64,000 bases of DNA from Bacteroidales bacterium (GTDB lineage: Bacteria; Bacteroidota; Bacteroidia; Bacteroidales; VadinHA17), in contig DATALD010000012.1 in assembly GCA_036261255.1 (NCBI GenBank), forward strand, positions 17,065-81,064. The letters are read 5' to 3'. A program made the translations under genes and the position numbers. The stretch's first letter is position 1, and the number at the start of each line of letters is the position of its first letter. Shown piece after piece: positions 55,976 through 64,000 of the stretch. The notes under the pieces were generated by a model. The model was not told where the DNA came from. It did not search any database and worked only from the letters and a program-made list of their open reading frames with translations.

Positions 55976-57727
55976 CTATTTATCAGGCAGATAGAAGTTG
56001 AAAGTACTTCCTTTGCCCCACTCACTTGAGTACCAGATACGGCCTTTATGCCGGTCAATAAATTCCTTACAGATAATGAGACCCAGGCCTGTCCCTTTTT
56101 CACCTTTTGTACCGGATGATGGAAGGATCTTAGAAATATCGAATAGTCCAGACTTCTGCTCATTCCTGATACCGATTCCTGTATCTGTTATAGATATGGT
56201 AATTCCATTATTCCCGTACTCTGCAGATATAGTTATTGATCCTCCTTCAGTAAATTTGATAGAATTGGAAATAAGGTTTCGTAATATAAACTTAAGCATA
56301 TCAACATCAGCAAAAACAGAAATATCCTTGTCAGCAAGGTAATTTATAGTTGTTTTCTTACTTTCTGCAAGAGGAATTAACACGTTGACAATAGAATCAT
56401 AAATACTTCCAAGACTAACCTTCTGAGGTTTAAACGGTATTTTTCCTGCATGTGCTCTTACCCATGTGAGCAAGTCTTCAAGAAGCTTGTAGGTATTTCT
56501 TGCTGACTCATCAATAATCTGTACATGATTTTCAATTTCCTCAACTTTGAACTTTCTTATCCCGTTTCTTAGTAGTTCAAGAAAGCCAAGTATTGATGTA
56601 AAAGGGCTTTTCAGATCATGTGAAAGTATTGCAATGAACCGGTCCTTGTCGGAATTAAGCTTTTCAAGCTGCCTGTTAAGCTCTTCTATCTGGAGTCTCC
56701 GTATATTAGATCTTATCTGCATCATCGATAAGATAAAAAGCAGGATTGTGACTAATAAACCAATTCCTATTATAGTTAATTGCTCCTTATGAAATATTGA
56801 CATCTCATCCCTTCTGCCTTCGAAAACAAGTGTCCATTTCCTCTCATTGAATTCGGAAATTAACCTGAGATTCATGTTCGGGTCAGGGATAGTTACAGAA
56901 TCAATATCACGGCTATCGAACATTAATGTCTGTTCAGAAATTATTGTATCATCATATATCTTCATCTCAAGGGGGTAATCATAATTGGTGTTTAATGGAC
57001 CAACTATTCCTTCCATCAGATCACGCATCCTGTAAGGGCTATAAACCCATCCCCTGATTGCTCTTCTTCTTTCTTCAACAGTATTTGAAGGCATATCCTT
57101 CCGGTAATCAGGTATGTACATCAAAACTCCCGGCTGAATATCTTCATCAATTTCCTGAACAAGCTTTACAATGTTCGTCAGCATAGCTTTATTGGAATCG
57201 CGTGCTACTGCCATTGCTTTTCCTCTGATTGAATCGGAGTACATATCATACCCAAGGGCGACCTTATTCCTTTCATTATGAGGTTCGAGCATTATTATTG
57301 CCGAATAGTTTTCTCTTTCATAATCAGGATAAATCTTGTAATCAGGTTTATAGTCCTGGTACACTTTTCTGAAATGCTCTTCATGGGTCTTAATATCTTC
57401 TTTTTTAACGATGAGTGAATAGCCAAAACCCTGGATGCCAGGAAGAAATTCATTTACTTTTGTATTCATATAAAACCCATGCATCTCCTCAGCCGTCACT
57501 GTATCCGACACAGCAAAAAAAGCTTTGCCACCACGTAAGAGCTGTGCATGTTCTTCAAGTCGTGTTTCGATTTTTATTCGCAGATCATTACAATGATTTT
57601 CAAAATCTTTTAAGGTTGCTTCCCTGACATTATTCCTGTTAAAAACAACAGAGACAGATGTCAATAAAAGACCTGTAATAAGAACCCCTATAGTTAATAT
57701 TGTTTCTTTTAAAGAGAAACCTGTCAT
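55976..57727 (-). CDS. CHASE-domain sensor histidine kinase (orphan)
   Basis: LPGIQGFGY, LEPHNERNKVALGYDMYSD, GWVYSP (CHASE); ILSHDLKSPF, RNLISNSIKF, DTGIGI, GTGLGL. Start 57727 or 57760. Confidence 0.9.
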   Translation of the reverse strand: MTGFSLKETILTIGVLITGLLLTSVSVVFNRNNVREATLKDFENHCNDLRIKIETRLEEHAQLLRGGKAFFAVSDTVTAEEMHGFYMNTKVNEFLPGIQGFGYSLIVKKEDIKTHEEHFRKVYQDYKPDYKIYPDYERENYSAIIMLEPHNERNKVALGYDMYSDSIRGKAMAVARDSNKAMLTNIVKLVQEIDEDIQPGVLMYIPDYRKDMPSNTVEERRRAIRGWVYSPYRMRDLMEGIVGPLNTNYDYPLEMKIYDDTIISEQTLMFDSRDIDSVTIPDPNMNLRLISEFNERKWTLVFEGRRDEMSIFHKEQLTIIGIGLLVTILLFILSMMQIRSNIRRLQIEELNRQLEKLNSDKDRFIAILSHDLKSPFTSILGFLELLRNGIRKFKVEEIENHVQIIDESARNTYKLLEDLLTWVRAHAGKIPFKPQKVSLGSIYDSIVNVLIPLAESKKTTINYLADKDISVFADVDMLKFILRNLISNSIKFTEGGSITISAEYGNNGITISITDTGIGIRNEQKSGLFDISKILPSSGTKGEKGTGLGLIICKEFIDRHKGRIWYSSEWGKGSTFNFYLPDK

Positions 57728-57900
57728 TAATTGCTTGTATTTATACAACGGGAAACTCATTATGTTATTCCTTAATATGAATTTGACTCATGATTGAGGA
57801 TTTAAGCTTTGCTCAACTATCCGGTTTATCAAATAACAGATCTTTAAATGTACAGAACTTTAATAAGGTATCTATTGTTTTACACGAAAAAGAAAATAAT

Positions 57901-58374
57901 ATGGAAAAAATAAATAAAGTTCCGGAAGGATATAATATGATTATTCCCTATCTGAATATACGAGGTGCAGCTGATGCAATTGAATTTTATAAGCGTGCAT
58001 TCGGCGCTGTTGAACTTGGCCGGATAACTATGGCCGATGGTTCGATTGGACATTGCGAACTTAAAATAGGAGAGGGAAGGTTCATGATCTCAGAAGAAAG
58101 CATGAACTGGGGAAATAAGAGTCCGCAAACCCTGGGAGGAACACCGGTTGCACTTTGCATTTATGTTGAAGATGTTGATGAGGTATATAACAGGGCAATT
58201 GAGGAAGGTGCAACGATTAGCGGAGATATGGGAGTCAAAGATCAGTTTTATGGCGACAGGGCTGGAACGCTTACTGATCCATTCGGACATCAATGGTCAA
58301 TAATGACGCATATTGAGGATGTTTCTTTCGAAGAGATGCAGAAGAGATCGGATGTGATGTTTGCGGGGTATTGA
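57901..58374 (+). CDS. VOC family protein (PhnB/glyoxalase/bleomycin-resistance-like)
   Basis: IIPYLNI, AIEFYKRAFGA, GHCELKIG and DQFYGDRAGTLTDPFGHQW. Start at MEKIN. Confidence 0.9.
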   Translation: MEKINKVPEGYNMIIPYLNIRGAADAIEFYKRAFGAVELGRITMADGSIGHCELKIGEGRFMISEESMNWGNKSPQTLGGTPVALCIYVEDVDEVYNRAIEEGATISGDMGVKDQFYGDRAGTLTDPFGHQWSIMTHIEDVSFEEMQKRSDVMFAGY

Positions 58375-58391
58375 AGTAATTGGTTGTCTAC

Positions 58392-58442
58392 ATTTCCCTT
58401 CCTTCAAAAAGGAATTTCCCCTCCTTCAAAAAGGAGGGGAAA
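58392..58442. repeat. Tandemly duplicated REP-like hairpin / bidirectional terminator
   Basis: TTTCCCCTCCTT-CAAA-AAGGAGGGGAAA (58415-58442), preceded by a 22-bp near-copy (58392-58413). Confidence 0.7.
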
Positions 58443-58456
58443 GTTAGACCCTCTGC

Positions 58457-59941
58457 TTACCTTCTCGATCTGCTACTTTCAGATTTTCTCTCTGAGCTGC
58501 CTGATGAGGAGGATGATTTAGATTCTGAGCTCTTTGCCCTTGAAACTGGTGTTGCCGAGGAGGCTTGTTTTCTTGGTACCCTGGCAGTCTCCTGCTTAGG
58601 CGCAGAAGATCTTTCCTGGCGGCTTGATGAAGCAGGTTGAGCGGTACTTCTTGGCTGGCTTGAAGATGCGGGCCTTGCAGTAGTACTTTTAGTCTGGCTA
58701 GAAGAAGCAGGTCTTGCTTCGGAGTTCCTTGTCTGGCCAGATGATTCTGGTCTTGCAGTTGAACTTCTTGTCTGGCCTGATGAGGCCGGTCTTGCTTCCG
58801 AGCTCCTGTTCTGTGATGACGGATTTGCAGTTGTACTTCTTGTCTGGCTCGAGTTTGCAGGCCTTGCAGTAGTACTTCTTGTCTGACCTGAGTTAGCCGG
58901 TCTTGCAGTAGTACTCCTTGTTTGACCCTGGCGTGTACTGGTGACTTCACGTGTTGATCCTGATTTACGCTCTGATGCTGTTGATCCGGATGACCTGCGG
59001 GTTTCTGTTGCTGACCTTGCGGCAGATCTCTGTGTGGCAGATGCAGCTCTTTCAGAACTTCTCTCATTCACAGCCTGTGATAACCTCCTTGATCCTGCAA
59101 GTGTCTCTGAGCTTTTACGTTCTCTTGAATATAGTTCTTCACCATCTCTTCTTGACTGAGGTCTTGAGTAAGTTGTCTTATAGTAGCCATTGTTTACATT
59201 CACGATAACAGTTGGTGAGTAATATCTGACACTGGTATAGTAATGATCGTGGTAGTGTGCGAACCTTGGTACATCCCAGTGACGGTAGTATGAATGGTAA
59301 TAGTCATAAAGATGATAATGGTAACCGTAATAGTGATGGTAGTAGAAAGGCGTCCATGCTGACCAGTATGTTGGGTAATATCCCCAGTACCAGGATGATC
59401 TCCAGACCACATAACCAGGATTGTAGATGTATGTTATCAGAGGCCATGTGGATACTTCCACATAAGTTGTCCTTACTACTTTCCTGTTGCCTGTATATCC
59501 CGGGTTCGGTGTTTCAGCATAGTAAGGCTCTATAATGTAATTCCTTCCATAAAGAGCTTCATCACCTATAAGCTGGATCTGAACCGATCCATCGCTTAAT
59601 CTCTCAACTGTAAAAACGCCAACATCCTGCTTTTCTTTAGAGTTAAGTGCAACCTGCATCACAATTGTGTGTACATTACCATCTGGATAATCTACTATAT
59701 TAATATAATCAACATAATTATCGCCATTCAGGTCAAGGTTGTTTATTCTTGATTTCTCATCGTTGAGTCTTTTCTCGAATTCCTCCAGAGTCTGCGACTC
59801 CTGGAAAAGATTTAAAACAGCATAAAGATTAAGGTTGTCTCCCGGAAGACCAAGGTATTCATCCGCACTATTCTGTGCCTTCAATGCTGAGCCTGCCGTA
59901 ACCAGAAGTGCGAAAACTGAGGTAAGAAAGAAGTTTTTCAT
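58457..59941 (-). CDS. Secreted protein with an EF-hand-like loop, a Tyr/His/Trp-rich segment and a Ser/Arg/Thr repeat tail
   Basis: Signal peptide; DLNGDNYVDY; Y/H-rich aromatic block; 8 tandem STTARPAxSxQTR-like units. Confidence 0.8.
   Translation of the reverse strand: MKNFFLTSVFALLVTAGSALKAQNSADEYLGLPGDNLNLYAVLNLFQESQTLEEFEKRLNDEKSRINNLDLNGDNYVDYINIVDYPDGNVHTIVMQVALNSKEKQDVGVFTVERLSDGSVQIQLIGDEALYGRNYIIEPYYAETPNPGYTGNRKVVRTTYVEVSTWPLITYIYNPGYVVWRSSWYWGYYPTYWSAWTPFYYHHYYGYHYHLYDYYHSYYRHWDVPRFAHYHDHYYTSVRYYSPTVIVNVNNGYYKTTYSRPQSRRDGEELYSRERKSSETLAGSRRLSQAVNERSSERAASATQRSAARSATETRRSSGSTASERKSGSTREVTSTRQGQTRSTTARPANSGQTRSTTARPANSSQTRSTTANPSSQNRSSEARPASSGQTRSSTARPESSGQTRNSEARPASSSQTKSTTARPASSSQPRSTAQPASSSRQERSSAPKQETARVPRKQASSATPVSRAKSSESKSSSSSGSSERKSESSRSRR
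58610..58915 (-). repeat. Coding tandem repeat, 39-bp (13-aa) unit x8 (one unit 33 bp)
   Basis: STTARPANSGQTR STTARPANSSQTR STTANPSSQNR SSEARPASSGQTR SSTARPESSGQTR NSEARPASSSQTK STTARPASSSQPR STAQPASSSRQER. Confidence 0.85.
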
Positions 59942-60004
59942 GACTTTTGTTTTTTCTTTGAAGAATTATCTCTTCGTTAATGTGAATACATAATCTGTGC
60001 CAAA

Positions 60005-60035
60005 TTTGTGAAGGATCATCCTTTTTTTATATTTG
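60005..60035 (+). promoter_or_regulatory. Canonical Bacteroidota primary-sigma promoter
   Basis: TTTG (60005-60008) - 19 bp - TATATTTG (60028-60035). Confidence 0.75.
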
Positions 60036-60050
60036 TTCTTTTCAAACGAC

Positions 60051-60419
60051 ATGTATAAATTCTTTTTCCGCTTTATTGTGATCACTATCACAATTCTTAC
60101 TGCAAACCTCCTGACAACTGCAATAAGCGACTATCTTATTATATACCGTCACCATGTCAAACCCATAGTTTTTACTTTTATAGGCATGGGAGTGATAGTA
60201 ATTATCTTTTACCCTTTATTTACTAAATTGGAGGAATGGGTAAAGACAATTTCCACCAGATTTATAAAAACGGGCAAGAATGTCGGAGGAAAATACATCG
60301 GTTTATTCCTGGCATTCATTCTGGCAATGTTGGTTCTATGTTACTTTTATGCGAGGATGTGGTATAACATTGACCTTCTCAGATCGTTGCTCAACGGAAC
60401 TATTACAAATTATATATAA
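60051..60419 (+). CDS. Hypothetical membrane protein (3 TM)
   Basis: Three hydrophobic helices. Start at MYKFF, downstream of the promoter. Confidence 0.7.
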   Translation: MYKFFFRFIVITITILTANLLTTAISDYLIIYRHHVKPIVFTFIGMGVIVIIFYPLFTKLEEWVKTISTRFIKTGKNVGGKYIGLFLAFILAMLVLCYFYARMWYNIDLLRSLLNGTITNYI

Positions 60420-60427
60420 ATATGATA

Positions 60428-60880
60428 CTATGATCCAAGTACTCTCTTCACTATTGCAGAAATTTCTTTCCCATCGGCTTTACCTGCCAGCTCTTTTGAG
60501 GCAACACCCATCACTTTCCCCATCTCTGATGGACTCATAGCTCCGACCTTTTCAATGATGGCCTTTACAGCTTTTTCAAGTTCTGCCTCACTCATTTTTG
60601 CCGGAAGATATTTTTCAAGAACTTCTGCTTCGTTTACTTCCTTCTCATAGAGATCAGGCCTGTTCTGTGTCTTATATATCTCTGCCGATTCCCTCCTTTG
60701 TTTCACAAGCTTTTGTATTATCTTAAGTTCTTCATCGCCTGTTAACACTGCATCTGAACCTTTCTCTGAACGTGCAAGAGTAAAGGCTGTCTTGGCAGCT
60801 CTAATGGCTTCGAGTACATTTTTATCTTTTGCTTTCATTGCAGCAATAAGATCGGCTGAGATTTTTTCGGTGAGTGACAT
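60428..60880 (-). CDS. GatB/YqeY domain-containing protein
   Basis: ISADLIAAMKAKD, KLVKQRRESAEIY, EKYLP and MGKVMG...GKADGK. Confidence 0.95.
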   Translation of the reverse strand: MSLTEKISADLIAAMKAKDKNVLEAIRAAKTAFTLARSEKGSDAVLTGDEELKIIQKLVKQRRESAEIYKTQNRPDLYEKEVNEAEVLEKYLPAKMSEAELEKAVKAIIEKVGAMSPSEMGKVMGVASKELAGKADGKEISAIVKRVLGS

Positions 60881-60906
60881 ATCCTGTTAAATTTATGTGA
60901 TCTCTT

Positions 60907-61761
60907 TTAAACGCTTACAGGTTCAACATGAATTGTGACATTCAGATTTATAAACTTGCTTGTCAATTCATCCTCTATTTTGTCACAATATTTATGCGCA
61001 TTGCCCACAGATACTTCTTCAGGAATTTCGATATGAAGATCAATAAACCTGTAATTACCTGCTATTCTTGTTCTTAATTCATGATATCGGACATTCATCG
61101 TATTTAGTGTGGCTTCAAGCTCTTTAATTTCATCTTCCTGCCAGGCTTCATCAAGCAAGGGATTGAAAGCTCTTTTAAGCAACTGATATGATTCGAAAAT
61201 AATGAAGAATGCAACAAGAATTGCAACGATCGGGTCGAGCCAGTTTAGGCCGGTCGCCATTATTAAGATAAGACCAATAGCAACACCAAGAGATGTATAA
61301 ACATCTGTTTTAAGATGCAGGGCATCTGCTTCAAGGGCAACTGAATTGGTTTTTTTCGCTACTTTGTATAATCTCCTGGATACAATTGTGTTAACTATTG
61401 CAGCAGTTATCATAACAGCAGATCCAATACCGATCGATTCAAGTTCAATGAGTGGACCAGTAAGCTTCTTAACGGCTTCAATGATGATCCAGGCTGCAGC
61501 AATAAAAATAAGCAAGGCTTCAATTACCCCTGAAATGTTCTCAATTTTCCCATGTCCGTACGGGTGCCTTGAATCAGGTGGATTATCAGAAACTTTTACT
61601 GAGAAAAAAGCAATCATAGCAGCAATGAGGTCCATTGAGGAATGGATTGCCTCAGATATAATACTTACTGAACCGCTTATCAATCCTGAAACAAGTTTGA
61701 GAATGATAAGGAAACTGTTTGAGATTATTGATAAACGTGCAACCTTTACCTTTTGATTCAT
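60907..61761 (-). CDS. Cation diffusion facilitator family transporter (FieF-like)
   Basis: SEAIHSSMD, HPYGHGKIE, ADALHLKTD and LHIEI...AHKYCD. Confidence 0.93.
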   Translation of the reverse strand: MNQKVKVARLSIISNSFLIILKLVSGLISGSVSIISEAIHSSMDLIAAMIAFFSVKVSDNPPDSRHPYGHGKIENISGVIEALLIFIAAAWIIIEAVKKLTGPLIELESIGIGSAVMITAAIVNTIVSRRLYKVAKKTNSVALEADALHLKTDVYTSLGVAIGLILIMATGLNWLDPIVAILVAFFIIFESYQLLKRAFNPLLDEAWQEDEIKELEATLNTMNVRYHELRTRIAGNYRFIDLHIEIPEEVSVGNAHKYCDKIEDELTSKFINLNVTIHVEPVSV

Positions 61762-61806
61762 CAGGAAAGACGTTAAAAAAGATCAAAGTTAATACATTTT
61801 ATCCTT

Positions 61807-62922
61807 TTAGATCTTCACTAATTCATAATCTCTTTGTCCAAGGCCAATTTTTTCAGCATGTTTAAGACCTGCCTGCCAGTTAGTCTCAGGGTGCATCCTT
61901 TTGAACTTGTCCTCACCTGCCATGTTTGTGTCTGTAACTTCCGGAAGGATGCTGCTTCCGGGTAGAGCTGGTGCAGCAAGCACCATATCGGCACAAGCCT
62001 GGTCAAGAGCAACAGGATCAAAAGATGCAGCTATACCAATATCAGGAACCAGGGGATAATCGTTGAAATGCCAGCAATCACAATTAGGCGAGATATCTAT
62101 AATAAAGTTCACATGAAAAGAGGGCTTATCTTTTACAGCAGCATACGCATATTCTGCAATTCGTTTGTTTACAATATCTGAGCTGCTATCGCTACCGGGT
62201 TGGGCTGCATTGAACTGGCACACAGCAATGCACTGGCCACAGCCAATACATTTCACAGTATTAATGTGAGCTATTTTATCCGGGCCAACAGTTATTGCAT
62301 TCTGTGAACAATACTTTTCGCAGATACGGCAACCTGAACAATTCTCTTCCACTATCTTAGGTGACTCTCCGGAATGAAGGAATAGTTTGCCACCGACAGA
62401 AGCACATCCCATGCCCAGGTTCTTCAGAGCTCCACCAAAGCCTGTTATCTCATGACCTTTAAAATGATTTACACTGATTATCACATCAGAATCCGCTATC
62501 GCACTTCCAATTTTTGCAGACTGGCAGAGTTCAAGATCAACTTTTATTTCCCTGAATTCAGTTCCCCTTATCCCATCAGCAATAATCGCCTGACACCCTG
62601 CAGAAAGAGGGTTATAACCATTTTCGAATGCTGCATCAAGATGAGATGGCGCATTTGCCCGCCTTCCAGAGTAAAGAGTATTACAGTCTGTCAGGAATGG
62701 TATTGCATCCTTCTTCTTAAGCATCTTTATGATTACTGCGGCGAAATTTGGCCTGAGAAATGCAAGGTTGCCAGGCTCTCCGAAATGTATCTTAACAGCA
62801 ACGAGTTTTTTTTCAAAATCAATTGTTTCCAACCCTGCTTTGACTACCAGGGTTTCGAGCTTTTTCAGAAGGTTGTTCGTTGGTTTTGCCCTGAGATCGG
62901 TAAAGAATACTTTTGATGCCAT
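61807..62922 (-). CDS. DUF362 domain iron-sulfur protein with a 2x[4Fe-4S] ferredoxin insert
   Basis: KIHFGEPGN, HFKGH, GGALKNLGMG, CSGCRICEKYC, CIGCGQCIAVC, SPNCDC and DPVALDQA. Confidence 0.9.
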   Translation of the reverse strand: MASKVFFTDLRAKPTNNLLKKLETLVVKAGLETIDFEKKLVAVKIHFGEPGNLAFLRPNFAAVIIKMLKKKDAIPFLTDCNTLYSGRRANAPSHLDAAFENGYNPLSAGCQAIIADGIRGTEFREIKVDLELCQSAKIGSAIADSDVIISVNHFKGHEITGFGGALKNLGMGCASVGGKLFLHSGESPKIVEENCSGCRICEKYCSQNAITVGPDKIAHINTVKCIGCGQCIAVCQFNAAQPGSDSSSDIVNKRIAEYAYAAVKDKPSFHVNFIIDISPNCDCWHFNDYPLVPDIGIAASFDPVALDQACADMVLAAPALPGSSILPEVTDTNMAGEDKFKRMHPETNWQAGLKHAEKIGLGQRDYELVKI

Positions 62923-62989
62923 GATGTATCATTTAAAACGAGGCATAAAGATGCGAGAAATTTTGAAAAACAAGTAAGAAAAATACTGA

Positions 62990-63871
62990 TCAGGTATTAA
63001 TTAATCTCTTAATATGATCTCCTGTTTTTTCAATCAGCCATTTTGGAGTGCTTGTTGCACCGCATATACCGACCGAGTTCTTACCTTCAAACCACTCTTT
63101 TTTTAATTCTTCGGGAGAAGAGATGAAATGCGTTTCAGGATTTACACTCTTGCAAACAGAATAAAGCATCTTCCCATTCGAACTTTCCCTGCCACTCACA
63201 AAAACAACAACATCATGTTTCGCCGCAAAAGTTTTTAACTGAGGTTCGCGGTTCGAGACCTGACCACATATTGTCCTGTGAACGATAAGATTGTTTTTTG
63301 GATCAATACCAGTTTCTATCATAGCTGACCGCAATTGCTCACAGAAGGAGAGATAATTTTTGAAGCCCATTGTTGTCTGCGCAAAAGCATAAACAGGCCT
63401 TCTTATGTCTATTTTCGATATATCTGAAGGATCCGAAACAAGAATACCTTCATTGTTTATTTGTCCCTGCAAGCCAACAACTTCAGCATGCCCTTTTTTA
63501 CCGAAGATGACTATCTGCCCGTTATCTTCTTTCATTCCTTTCCATGTTTGCTTTATCCGCGATTGAAGTCTTTTTACTATTGGACAGGTTGCTTCAATTA
63601 TCTCAATATTATTTTTTTCAGCCAGCTCATAAGTTTCAGGAGGCTCGCCATGAGCCCTTATCAATACTTTACAGTTTTTTAATTTCGTAAATTGATTATG
63701 GTCGATTGAAATCAGTCCTAAAGATGAGAGACGTTCTACCTCCTTATCATTATGCACAATAGGGCCCAACGAAAAAACTTTCTCTCCCTCGAGAAGTGAT
63801 TTTTCTGCTATATCAACTGCATTACGCACTCCAAAGCAAAAACCCGAATGGCTGTCAGTTTCGATTATCAT
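62990..63871 (-). CDS. ispH: 4-hydroxy-3-methylbut-2-enyl diphosphate reductase
   Basis: SGFCFGV, GPIVHN, IRAHG, ATCP, HAEV, QTT, TICGQ, SSNG and GATSTP. Confidence 0.97.
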   Translation of the reverse strand: MIIETDSHSGFCFGVRNAVDIAEKSLLEGEKVFSLGPIVHNDKEVERLSSLGLISIDHNQFTKLKNCKVLIRAHGEPPETYELAEKNNIEIIEATCPIVKRLQSRIKQTWKGMKEDNGQIVIFGKKGHAEVVGLQGQINNEGILVSDPSDISKIDIRRPVYAFAQTTMGFKNYLSFCEQLRSAMIETGIDPKNNLIVHRTICGQVSNREPQLKTFAAKHDVVVFVSGRESSNGKMLYSVCKSVNPETHFISSPEELKKEWFEGKNSVGICGATSTPKWLIEKTGDHIKRLINT

Positions 63872-63998
63872 TCCCCGTTTTTATAATTATCTCCCTTACC
63901 CATTCCATCTGTTGATTAATAGTCATCCTGCTATTGTCAAGTACAATTGCATCTTCAGCACGACGAAGAGGACTTATATCCCTGTTTTCATCAGCAAT
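63855..63998 (-). CDS. cmk: Cytidylate kinase, C-terminal end only (runs off the window)
   Basis: Translates [34 protein letters not shown]...*. Overlaps the ispH start, consistent with the common cmk-ispH order. Confidence 0.88.
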   Translation of the reverse strand: MADENRDISPLRRAEDAIVLDNSRMTINQQMEWVREIIIKTGNDNRN

Positions 63999-64000
63999 AT

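Noticed and set aside
58444-59067. 207-aa alternative-frame ORF
   Set aside because: Shadow frame kept open by the 39-bp coding repeat of the 58457..59941 gene.
1123-60000. Large genomic island integrated at tRNA-Pro
   Set aside because: No integrase and no distal repeat of the tRNA 3' end was found; only the 200-bp echo is present.
3120-63682. The many 60-200 aa antisense or overlapping ORFs in the track
   Set aside because: They are nested in or opposite well-supported genes and lack independent motifs.
1-64000. Riboswitches, rRNA, toxin-antitoxin or anti-phage defence genes
   Set aside because: No recognisable signature by eye; an Infernal/Rfam and DefenseFinder run would be needed to exclude them formally.

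Overview
A 64 kb window from a Bacteroidota genome, most likely an anaerobic Bacteroidales. The assignment is inferred from TAnnTTTG promoters, A-rich start regions mostly lacking Shine-Dalgarno sites, the cmk-ispH order, and DUF5916/OMP beta-barrel genes. Core-type genes sit at both edges: a nitronate monooxygenase family gene and tRNA-Pro(CGG) on the left; YqeY, a CDF transporter, DUF362, ispH and cmk on the right. The ~58 kb between them is accessory. It holds an ECF sigma/zinc anti-sigma/2x DUF4097/DUF5916 operon, a co-oriented run of small detox/resistance-type genes, an intact IS4-family element with a 9-bp target duplication exactly at a start codon, LigD without Ku, a Csp-type copper-storage gene and an mhqED-like pair. 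The most notable system is two sigma54-dependent two-component modules whose kinases have almost no periplasmic domain. Each has a tandem TGT-N10/11-ACA enhancer and a -24/-12 promoter driving MacB/FtsX-type permeases. The larger module encodes one adaptor, one TolC, one ATPase and 8 permease modules that alternate strictly between two sequence classes (A-B, A-B, A-B, fused A-B), suggesting four interchangeable heterodimeric permeases on one export machine. Intergenic DNA carries many MITE/REP-like elements, 7-9 bp periodic arrays and a broken tRNA copy with a palindrome inserted in its D-loop. No CRISPR array, prophage, integrase or reverse transcriptase was seen. All family assignments come from motif recognition by eye, not from database searches.
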